Positions 16,158 to 23,060 of a stretch of 41,500 nucleotides of DNA are shown here, one piece after another. The position numbers were made by a program, and so were the translations under genes. Where the stretch lies: assembly GCA_035438505.1 (NCBI GenBank), contig DAORIM010000003.1:1-41500 (forward strand), read 5' to 3'. The number at the start of each line of letters is the position of its first letter. The stretch's first letter is position 1. This DNA comes from Minisyncoccota bacterium (GTDB lineage: Bacteria > Patescibacteriota > Minisyncoccia > Phycocordibacterales > Phycocordibacteraceae). The notes beneath the pieces are model-generated. The model was not told the DNA's origin, did no database searches, and saw only the letters and a program-made list of their open reading frames with translations.

Positions 16158-17129
16158 TTAAAACATCGGCTTCTCGAAGAGCGGGTACCGCTCAGGATCG
16201 ATTGTGCGCGTGAAGCACGTTTCGCCTTCTTCGTGCTGCCAGTTCTCGTCTGCATGCACAGCTGGGTACGACATATCGCGGCCTGCGTACGCACCCTTTC
16301 CATCCATGTCTGGCGTTGCGCGATTAAAGACGGCACAGAGCTCAAAGGAGAGCGGACCCGTTACCGCGTACCTGTACGCTTCGCCGGTCTGTTCGTCCAC
16401 AGGAGTCATAAAGCTTGAAATCGGATCATTCAAGTATTCAAGGTCCGCAGGAAGCGATCCCTTCTGCTGGTAGTAGTTAACTACTTGATACTGAATGCTC
16501 TGGAGGTCGTATACCTTCTGCTCGTCGTAGCGAATCATACGTAGGTCCGTTGGCGACCCGATGATAAAGAAGCCGGCAACAACAGATACGAGCGCAAGGA
16601 CGCCAACACCGATACCTACGAGGTTTGCCTTGCGTGCGTGTGTTATCCAGTACCCCTTCAGGTCTGCAAGGAAGTGCATGAATACGCCAAGCGCAATGAG
16701 AAGCACAACTGCAACCTTAAGACCGAATCGAACGGAGAGTTCGCCGCCAAGGAAGGTTGTGATCAGCGTAATGAGGTCAACGAGGATAACGGCAACCGCA
16801 ATAAACACCGTGAGCACGAGTGCCCAGCGGCGCACCCATACCTCAGCCTTCCCTGCATCTTTCTCAATTGACTTGCGAATGATGCGAAGAAGAATCAGTG
16901 TCGTAGGCACGAGCACGATAACGCCAGCCATAGCAGCGCGCACTGCACCGCCGTACATATCTCCGCTATACGCGAGTGGATCCGGAAACGCGTGGTTTAC
17001 GTACTCAAAGAGGAGTGTGGTAAGAGAGATAACCGATCCATAAAGCGCAATAACGGCACCTGCCCACAAAAAGAAATCGCGGGGAGTGGTCTTCGAACGG
17101 CTTGGCGCTACAACTGGTGCTGTTTCCAT
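16158..17129 (-). CDS. multi-pass membrane protein with C-terminal extracytoplasmic domain (DUF5671-like)
   Basis: Start trimmed to ATG 17129 (METAPVVAPS...), which avoids overlap with the MgtC gene and sits 9 nt after TGGTATAAT. Its TAA stop directly abuts the leuS ATG. Confidence 0.6.
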   Translation of the reverse strand: METAPVVAPSRSKTTPRDFFLWAGAVIALYGSVISLTTLLFEYVNHAFPDPLAYSGDMYGGAVRAAMAGVIVLVPTTLILLRIIRKSIEKDAGKAEVWVRRWALVLTVFIAVAVILVDLITLITTFLGGELSVRFGLKVAVVLLIALGVFMHFLADLKGYWITHARKANLVGIGVGVLALVSVVAGFFIIGSPTDLRMIRYDEQKVYDLQSIQYQVVNYYQQKGSLPADLEYLNDPISSFMTPVDEQTGEAYRYAVTGPLSFELCAVFNRATPDMDGKGAYAGRDMSYPAVHADENWQHEEGETCFTRTIDPERYPLFEKPMF

Positions 17130-17138
17130 ATAGACGTG

Positions 17139-17147
17139 ATTATACCA
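17139..17147 (-). promoter_or_regulatory. extended -10 box TGGTATAAT, 9 nt upstream of ATG 17129
   Basis: Perfect extended -10 consensus on the minus strand. Confidence 0.5.
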
Positions 17148-17158
17148 CGTCTTTCGCG

Positions 17159-17578
17159 TTACACCTTTCCGCCCGTGTGCGGGATGCGCGGTACGAGCGC
17201 GCCAACAACAGCCGCAATTATGGCTATGCCGTAAAAGCCGTAACCAAGTGCCATACCAATAGCAGCTGCGTACCAAACGCTTGCTGCAGTCGTGAGATTG
17301 CGCACAGTTACTCCGTCCTTAAGGATGAGTCCAGCTCCAAGGAAGCCCACACCCGTAACGATGCCCGAAGAGATGCGCGACGTAGAAAGCGGATCAACAA
17401 CTGCCGAGAGGAGCGTAAACACCATTGATCCGGCGATAACCAGCGTGTGCGTGCTAATGCCCGCGTCTTTATGGCGAAGCTCTCGTTCGTAGCCGATTAA
17501 ATAGCCCAGGAATATCGAAAGCACGATGCCGATAAGAAACTGAATCTCGATCGTTCCAAAGAAAGCGCTGGTATCCAT
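17159..17578 (-). CDS. MgtC/SapB family membrane protein
   Basis: LGYLIGYERELRHKDAGISTHTLV...GIVTGVGFLGAGLILKD...AASVWYAAAIGMALG. Start trimmed from GTG 17629 to ATG 17578. Confidence 0.8.
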   Translation of the reverse strand: MDTSAFFGTIEIQFLIGIVLSIFLGYLIGYERELRHKDAGISTHTLVIAGSMVFTLLSAVVDPLSTSRISSGIVTGVGFLGAGLILKDGVTVRNLTTAASVWYAAAIGMALGYGFYGIAIIAAVVGALVPRIPHTGGKV

Positions 17579-17586
17579 ATAGATGG

Positions 17587-17595
17587 AGTGTAGCA
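17587..17595 (-). promoter_or_regulatory. extended -10 box TGCTACACT, 8 nt upstream of ATG 17578
   Basis: Minus strand TGCTACACT CCATCTAT ATG. Confidence 0.4.
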
Positions 17596-17678
17596 GGCGT
17601 GCATAACGAAACTCGCTACCTATCAACACAAGAAAGTACGATGACCCTTAGCTCACTAGTTTTCTTCTTCTTGTGTAC

Positions 17679-17706
17679 TTGACGTATTAAAAATAGAAGG
17701 TATATT
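17679..17706 (+). promoter_or_regulatory. sigma-70-type promoter TTGACG-N16-TATATT
   Basis: Followed by GGAGAAG RBS and ATG 17739. Confidence 0.5.
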
Positions 17707-17738
17707 AGATTTAAACCTTCAACTGGAGAAGTAAGAAA

Positions 17739-18158
17739 ATGCCCTTCGCAAAGATCAGCTTTCACACGGTTATGACCTGGGTGATTCTGGCGGTTGTCTT
17801 CATGGCCGGTTCCATGATTGACCACACCTACGGCGACGCTTGGGAGACCCAAGGCTGGAAGATCATTCCCGCCATGCTGTATGTCTGCGGTGCAGCCTAC
17901 AGCTTCATCTGGCTGATTCAGCTAGGGAACGACCCGACCAAGGACAGCGACTTCGAACGTCGCGCCGCCCGATCGGTCATCGTCGGAGCTGTCGGCTTCA
18001 TGGTGAGCTGGTTCGTGCTCGCCTACCTTGGCGACAGCGGCCGCCTCAACCTCAACCACTACGGCTGGTGGCTGCATGGCCTGTCGGTGGCCTGGGCTTT
18101 GATCGCTGTGGGGCTGTACTACTTCACGCGCTGGTGCCACAACATGGGAGGGCGCTAG
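17739..18158 (+). CDS. small membrane protein (4 TM), GC-rich orphan
   Basis: 139 aa. Strong G/C third-position bias unlike neighbours. The C-terminal TM resembles that of the 1407..1694 product (HYGWWLHGLSVAWALIAVGLYYF vs HVGWLLIGGSAYAAYCLVMVTLRHF). Confidence 0.6.
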   Translation: MPFAKISFHTVMTWVILAVVFMAGSMIDHTYGDAWETQGWKIIPAMLYVCGAAYSFIWLIQLGNDPTKDSDFERRAARSVIVGAVGFMVSWFVLAYLGDSGRLNLNHYGWWLHGLSVAWALIAVGLYYFTRWCHNMGGR

Positions 18159-18178
18159 CCAGCAAAACCCCCTCCCAA

Positions 18179-18207
18179 GCGGCCCGGAAACCTTGTTTCT
18201 GGGCCGC
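18179..18207 (+). terminator. GC-rich hairpin after 17739..18158
   Basis: GCGGCCCGGAAAC-CTT-GTTTCTGGGCCGC (13 bp with one G-U); no clear U tract. Confidence 0.45.
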
Positions 18208-18260
18208 GTCCATATATTAGCTTTGAAACTGTAGTGCACCCTTTTCCTATACCTTAGGTT

Positions 18261-18803
18261 CTACGGCTGGAAAAGATCCTCCGGTGTAAACGAGACCTCT
18301 TTAACCTCTGGGAACTGCAGCGCTGTTGCGCGCACCTGAGACCAGAGCACTGCTGCACGGCACGAACCGCCGCCAGTTCTATTCTCCGGATCGCTCAGAG
18401 CGATCGTAAGCTTGCCGTCTGCGCTAAGCGCTACAGAAGCGAGCGAAACACCCGGAAGCGGATACTCCGTGGTGATGCCTTGCGCGCGCTCTGCTTGCGT
18501 AAGGTCTCCAGACAAAAGAAGACGGATAGTCTCTTCAATCGGTGTCTTTGTCGCTATGGTGCGCGAGACAGCAACGAGTCCCTTTTCAGTACACATGATA
18601 TTCCCCTCTGCATTCATATCGCGCGAGGGATCGTAGTAGAAGAGACTAACTGTGCGCTCGCCTGGCGCTTCCTCGGTCTCAATCTGTTCTTCGAGCATTG
18701 GCTCAGGGGTAGCAGTTTCTGGGTTAGAAGCAAAGAAGAGATAGCCGCCAACGCAAAGAACGAGTAGCAGCACTATGGCGATAGCAAGAGTTGTTTTGTT
18801 CAT
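18261..18803 (-). CDS. GerMN-domain-like secreted or membrane-anchored protein
   Basis: N-terminal TM/signal anchor MNKTTLAIAIVLLLVLCVGGYLFF, then VSLFYYDP...IEETIRLLLSG pattern. Start trimmed to ATG 18803. Confidence 0.55.
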   Translation of the reverse strand: MNKTTLAIAIVLLLVLCVGGYLFFASNPETATPEPMLEEQIETEEAPGERTVSLFYYDPSRDMNAEGNIMCTEKGLVAVSRTIATKTPIEETIRLLLSGDLTQAERAQGITTEYPLPGVSLASVALSADGKLTIALSDPENRTGGGSCRAAVLWSQVRATALQFPEVKEVSFTPEDLFQP

Positions 18804-18809
18804 ACGTAC

Positions 18810-18818
18810 AGTGTAGCA
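18810..18818 (-). promoter_or_regulatory. extended -10 box TGCTACACT, 6 nt upstream of ATG 18803
   Basis: Minus strand TGCTACACT GTACGT ATG. Confidence 0.4.
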
Positions 18819-18886
18819 AATCATGAATTCCGAAGAACTCGTGCCGGGCTATACTATCTATACGTTTCGAACCATAACTTCCCACC

Positions 18887-19363
18887 ATGACACCAAAAAA
18901 TACTATCTGTCTCTGGTTTGATAAGGATGCAGAAGAAGCAGCTAACTTTTATGCAGCGACCTTCCCTGACAGCAAAGTGAATGCAGTCTTTCATGCTTCA
19001 GGAGACTATCCTGACGGAAAGAAAGGCGACGTACTAACCGTTGACTTCACCGTCTGCGGAATTCCCTGCATGGGTCTTAATGGCGGACCAACGTTTCCAC
19101 AAAGCGAAGCGTTCTCCTTTCAGATAGCTACTGACGACCAAGAGGAAACGGATCGGTACTGGAACGCCATTGTTGGAAATGGCGGCCAGGAAAGCGAGTG
19201 CGGATGGTGCAAGGATCGCTGGGGCGTTTCGTGGCAGATCACACCGCGCACCTTGATCGATGCGCTCGCAGCAGGCGGCACTGAAGCAGAGCGCGCTTTC
19301 AAAGCCATGATGACGATGAAGAAAATTGATGTGGCTGCGATTGACGCTGCGCGAAGGGGGTAA
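18887..19363 (+). CDS. VOC/glyoxalase-superfamily protein (PhnB / 3-demethylubiquinone-9 methyltransferase-domain-like)
   Basis: ICLWFDKDAEEAANFYAATFPDSKV... and CGWCKDRWGVSWQI are typical of this family as I recall it. Confidence 0.7.
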   Translation: MTPKNTICLWFDKDAEEAANFYAATFPDSKVNAVFHASGDYPDGKKGDVLTVDFTVCGIPCMGLNGGPTFPQSEAFSFQIATDDQEETDRYWNAIVGNGGQESECGWCKDRWGVSWQITPRTLIDALAAGGTEAERAFKAMMTMKKIDVAAIDAARRG

Positions 19364-19395
19364 GAACAGCGTTGTTGCAACTTTTATGCAACATA

Positions 19396-19404
19396 TGCTA
19401 ATCT
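19396..19404 (+). promoter_or_regulatory. extended -10 box TGCTAATCT (with TTGCAA 18 nt upstream)
   Basis: 33-nt leader with GAGGAA/GAAGG RBS before ATG 19438. Palindrome GTCCAGAACTGGAC (19407..19420) lies just downstream. Confidence 0.4.
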
Positions 19405-19437
19405 CTGTCCAGAACTGGACCAATGAGGAATTGAAGG

Positions 19438-19917
19438 ATGCACAGAGAAGAAATTCTTGCTGAAAAAGCGAAAGAAATCCAAAAGCAACTTGAGGACTGG
19501 CTCCTCGAAGAAAAGGTGCTGAACGCGGGAGAGGAAATCATCTTCTCTTTGAGAATTGAGCCGTCCGGAAGTCTTGTCAGACGGGACCCTCAAGATGGGT
19601 CTACTGGACTAGCGCCTATTAAAATCTCTGGTCAGGCGCTAGCGTCTTTCAAAGGGCAACTTGTTCGTCCCGCCCAACTCAGCGACGACGATCTGCGCGA
19701 ACTGCTTAGACGCGTTCCTAGCGGACGAGCGTATGACCAGATGCACAAATTGCTGGTAGAGAATGGCAATAGGCTTACTTACGTCTACGGCAGTGTGCGC
19801 GGCAGCGTCAACAAAGTGCTGCGTGAACCCCTTTCAGAAACTCACTATCGCCTCATGTCTGGCTCTCAAGGCGCTAACGTCTTTGGAAGTCAGTTATGGG
19901 AAATCCTGCCAGAATAG
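19438..19917 (+). CDS. hypothetical protein
   Basis: 159-aa ORF with promoter, RBS and strong terminator; no recognisable motif. Confidence 0.55.
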   Translation: MHREEILAEKAKEIQKQLEDWLLEEKVLNAGEEIIFSLRIEPSGSLVRRDPQDGSTGLAPIKISGQALASFKGQLVRPAQLSDDDLRELLRRVPSGRAYDQMHKLLVENGNRLTYVYGSVRGSVNKVLREPLSETHYRLMSGSQGANVFGSQLWEILPE

Positions 19918-19939
19918 TATATAGGTTGTAATGACTTAA

Positions 19940-19970
19940 CCACTGCGCAATGCGCAGTGGTTTTATTTAT
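19940..19970 (+). terminator. rho-independent terminator
   Basis: CCACTGCGC-AAT-GCGCAGTGG followed by TTTTATTTATT. Confidence 0.75.
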
Positions 19971-19977
19971 TACTAGA

Positions 19978-19993
19978 AGACTAGGGATCGAAC
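19978..19993 (-). repeat. stop-proximal motif copy 4, T-arm-like (GTTCGATCCCTAGTCT)
   Basis: Identical 16-mer to 3396..3411. Overlaps the first base of the ychF TAG stop (19993..19995). Confidence 0.55.
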
Positions 19994-21102
19994 TACCCGT
20001 GCAAAAACACCATCACGTCGCCGTCGTTAACTACGTACGGCTTTCCTTCTGTTTTGAGGTGTCCCTTGTCACGCGCTGCGCTCCATGAGCCGTCTGCAAG
20101 CAGCGTATCCCACGGCACCACTTCTGCACGGATAAACTTCTCCTTGAAGTCGTTATGGATCGCTGCGCCAGCTTCGGGCGCTGTTGCTCCGCGCGTAATA
20201 GTCCAGGCGCGCGATTCCTTGGGGCCTGTGGTGAAGAACGTAATGAGACCGAGCGCTTCGTACGCACCGCGAATAAGCGCATCGAGTCCGTCTACCTGCA
20301 CACCAAGCTCCGAACGGAACATGTCTTTGTCTTCGTTCGCAACGTCGTTCAGCTCGTGCTCGGTGCGAGCATCCACTTCTACATACTGGCTTCCCAAGGA
20401 CTCTACGAGCTCGTACGCGGCCTGTGCGCGCCCGTCACTTATCTCTGAAAGATTATGCCCTCCAGCTTTCCCGTTAAAGGAGTAGAGGATTGGCTTTCGG
20501 GTGAGAAGGTTGAGCGATTTAATGCGCTTCGCTTCTTCTTCCTCAAGAGATACCGTGCGGGCGAGCTTTCCAGACACCAGCGCCTGCTCTATTTTCGCGA
20601 GTACTGCGTCCTCTGCAACCGCGTCTTTGTTATTCATCTTCACGTCGCGCTGCAGCTTCTCCCTACGACTCGATACAGACTGCTGATCCGCAAGAATAAG
20701 CTCGAGGTTGATAATCTCGATATCGCGCACCGGATCAACTTCTCCATGCACGTGAATAATGTCAGGATCGTCAAAGAAGCGAACCATCTGCAAGATTGCA
20801 TCCACTTCGCGAATATGGGAAAGGAACTGGTTGCCAAGTCCTTCGCCCTCGCTCGCACCCTTCACGAGTCCTGCAATGTCCACGAATTCAATAACGGCAG
20901 GCAGCGTCTTCTCAGACTTTGAGAGCTCTGCGAGCTGGTCAAGGCGGGCGTCCGGCACGCCAACAACACCCACGGAAGGGTCAATAGTGCAGAACGGGTA
21001 ATTCTCCGCAGGGACTGCGGCCTTGGTAAGCGCATTAAAGAGGGTGGACTTCCCGACGTTCGGGAGTCCTACGATGCCTATCTGTAGTTTTGAACCAGCC
21101 AT
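19993..21102 (-). CDS. ychF: redox-regulated ATPase YchF (Obg-like GTPase family)
   Basis: IGIVGLPNVGKSTLFNALT P-loop and conserved C-terminal TGS-like region GKPYVVNDGDVMVF. Confidence 0.92.
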   Translation of the reverse strand: MAGSKLQIGIVGLPNVGKSTLFNALTKAAVPAENYPFCTIDPSVGVVGVPDARLDQLAELSKSEKTLPAVIEFVDIAGLVKGASEGEGLGNQFLSHIREVDAILQMVRFFDDPDIIHVHGEVDPVRDIEIINLELILADQQSVSSRREKLQRDVKMNNKDAVAEDAVLAKIEQALVSGKLARTVSLEEEEAKRIKSLNLLTRKPILYSFNGKAGGHNLSEISDGRAQAAYELVESLGSQYVEVDARTEHELNDVANEDKDMFRSELGVQVDGLDALIRGAYEALGLITFFTTGPKESRAWTITRGATAPEAGAAIHNDFKEKFIRAEVVPWDTLLADGSWSAARDKGHLKTEGKPYVVNDGDVMVFLHG

Positions 21103-22678
21103 TAGAAGATTTGATTGGGATGAATCCGGTGACCAGGAGACTTTCCTGGGAGCCGACGATTTTCTCCACGGTATTCAACACTATGGCCCGTTTCTGCTCG
21201 AAACTCAAGTCAGCGAGCGTTGCACCCGCTTCTTTTGCGAAAGCGTGTACCTCTTCAATCGTCGGAAGGATGTCTACTCCCAGACGCTGCGCCTCCTCAC
21301 GAGCCTTGAATACGAGCGCTTCGAGGTTAGCCACCTTCTCACGTACAGGGGTGGTGTATTGTTTCAACTCCTCAAGAGTAAATACACCTGAGCCATACGC
21401 CTTGGTATAGCGCTCTTCTTCTTTCTTAAGCTTCTCAATCTCCTTCTGGGTAGCTGTAGTATCTCCAATGGCATTCTTGGACTTCGCCTTTCGTGCATTC
21501 ATCCAGCGCTCTGCCTGTTCAAGAAGTAAATCTGGGTTACTCATGAGATCAGACAACGTTGCCCACACGAGAGGGTCTGCGTTGCCTGCACTAATAGGAT
21601 TCTCGAAGCACGTTCTTGGAAGAGGGAAGCAATACGCCTTGTCGCAACAATCGTAGTAGAGATACTTCCCACCCTTGCGTGCTGCGCCAACGCGCTTGCG
21701 TCCACAGACACATTCAACTTTTCCGCTGAGCAGGTAGTCATACTTACGACTCCGAGGGTTGAGGGCCACATGAGCTTCCAGGCGTACCCGTACCCGTTCA
21801 AATATCTCATCATCAACGATCCGAGGTACCGGAACACTCAACCACTCCTCCTTGGGACGAGCCTTGCGACTACTCTTCTTGTTCTTGCGATACTTCTCTT
21901 TATTGATAGGGTTCTCAGGAACTATTGCGATAGAACTCCGGTAGTGAGCATGTCCTACATATGCACCGTTGCGAAGCATGGAGGTCAGGGTGCTTGTAGC
22001 CCACACACCCCGTACACTTTTCCTAGGCTTAACTCCCTGCTCCCCTAGTCGCTGTACGACCTGACGAATAGTTAGACCCTCATCACCAATCCACGTGAAT
22101 ATCTTACGGACCACCGCAGCCTCTTCTTCGTTGATTTCGTAGTACCCGTGCTGCTTATCTCGCTTGGGGATGTAGTTGAACCCATACAAGGGTGAGCTCA
22201 CGAGGATGTGTCCTTCACTAATCTTGCGCAGCTTACCGAGACGAAAACGCTCTCCGATCTTTGCACGCTCATACTCTGCGAAGAGACCACGAACACCGTG
22301 CAGAATCTTGTCCTCGCTGTTCTTCGGCGCCTCTATGGTTACAAAGAGTGTTTCGATTCCGGCATCACGCAGATCATCCATGATAAGTGCCTGGTATGAG
22401 TACCTCCGAGCGAGACGGTCAGGATCGTATGAAAGCACCGCATCCCAGAGCTTCGCTTTAACATCCTGCCTCAGAGCGTCGAGCGCTGGACGAGCCAACA
22501 CGTCGCCACTCCAACCGTCGTCTGTGTACTCACGAACAATCGTAAGGTTGTTCTCCTTTGCGTATGCACGTACCGCAGCGAGCTGTGTCTCAATTGTTCC
22601 ATCTTCTTCTTGGCGTGCAGTTGATACACGTCCATAGACAGCAACAAGACGTCCTGGAGGCAATTCTTTACTAGGCAT
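21035..22678 (-). CDS. large serine recombinase (integrase)
   Basis: N-terminal resolvase domain LVAVYGRVSTARQEEDG (catalytic Ser), recombinase domain, Cys-rich zinc ribbon (CVCGRK...YYDCC) and a coiled-coil tail. The last 22 codons overlap the ychF 5' end. Confidence 0.88.
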   Translation of the reverse strand: MPSKELPPGRLVAVYGRVSTARQEEDGTIETQLAAVRAYAKENNLTIVREYTDDGWSGDVLARPALDALRQDVKAKLWDAVLSYDPDRLARRYSYQALIMDDLRDAGIETLFVTIEAPKNSEDKILHGVRGLFAEYERAKIGERFRLGKLRKISEGHILVSSPLYGFNYIPKRDKQHGYYEINEEEAAVVRKIFTWIGDEGLTIRQVVQRLGEQGVKPRKSVRGVWATSTLTSMLRNGAYVGHAHYRSSIAIVPENPINKEKYRKNKKSSRKARPKEEWLSVPVPRIVDDEIFERVRVRLEAHVALNPRSRKYDYLLSGKVECVCGRKRVGAARKGGKYLYYDCCDKAYCFPLPRTCFENPISAGNADPLVWATLSDLMSNPDLLLEQAERWMNARKAKSKNAIGDTTATQKEIEKLKKEEERYTKAYGSGVFTLEELKQYTTPVREKVANLEALVFKAREEAQRLGVDILPTIEEVHAFAKEAGATLADLSFEQKRAIVLNTVEKIVGSQESLLVTGFIPIKSSNGWFKTTDRHRRTPERREVHPL

Positions 22679-22868
22679 GCTCCGTGTCGTTAGCGTGCTT
22701 CCGTAGGAAGTTCTTCAACTCAACCTCAGGGATGCGCCAGAGAGATGTCTTTCCGTTACCTAACTTGTATCCCTTTAGACTACCGTTCTTTAGCCAGCGT
22801 TCGACTGTGCGAATGTTTACACGCAAGAGCTGCGCTACCTCATCACGTGTCAAAAATGTCTCCGCCAT
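22671..22868 (-). CDS. excisionase-family / MerR-like HTH DNA-binding protein
   Basis: LTRDEVAQLLRVNIRTVERWLKNGSLKGYKLG...WRIPEVELKNFL. 8-nt overlap with the recombinase start. Confidence 0.75.
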   Translation of the reverse strand: MAETFLTRDEVAQLLRVNIRTVERWLKNGSLKGYKLGNGKTSLWRIPEVELKNFLRKHANDTEHA

Positions 22869-22877
22869 ATGTACCTA

Positions 22878-22883
22878 ATTATA
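22878..22883 (-). promoter_or_regulatory. -10 box TATAAT, 9 nt upstream of ATG 22868
   Basis: Minus strand TATAAT TAGGTACAT ATG. Confidence 0.4.
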
Positions 22884-23046
22884 CTAAGCTGTCATTGATA
22901 ATACTTGTGGATAATTCACGGCGACGCATAACCTCCTCAAAGAGAAGGTCATACGCTGTTTCAAGCTCCCGTGCATGCTCGTGGATAGACTCTGACTCCT
23001 GATACACAACATCAGGGCCTGGCTTCTTCCCACGAACACCGGTCAT
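22879..23046 (-). CDS. possible small ORF (55 aa), hypothetical
   Basis: Below the ORF-track size cut-off. My translation is MTGVRGKKPGPDVVYQESESIHEHARELETAYDLLFEEVMRRRELSTSIINDSLV. It fills the gap between the primase and the HTH gene; no RBS. Confidence 0.3.
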   Translation of the reverse strand: MTGVRGKKPGPDVVYQESESIHEHARELETAYDLLFEEVMRRRELSTSIINDSLV

Positions 23047-23060
23047 AACTAGCTACGCGA

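Noticed and set aside
16158-17629. Long N-terminal extensions in the ORF track: 16158..17276, 17159..17629, 18261..18824, 2290..2883, 37385..38251, 39870..40118, 40147..40662.
   Set aside because: The extensions begin at GTG or TTG codons, overlap the upstream gene or encode non-native Arg/Cys-rich peptides. Internal ATGs give proper signal peptides or TM starts and sit 6-9 nt after -10 boxes or after an SD.
21118-21133. Shared ATGAATCCG between the recombinase/ychF junction and 38333..38349, considered as possible island direct repeats (att).
   Set aside because: A 9-10-nt match is expected many times by chance in 41.5 kb, and serine recombinases do not generate long direct repeats.
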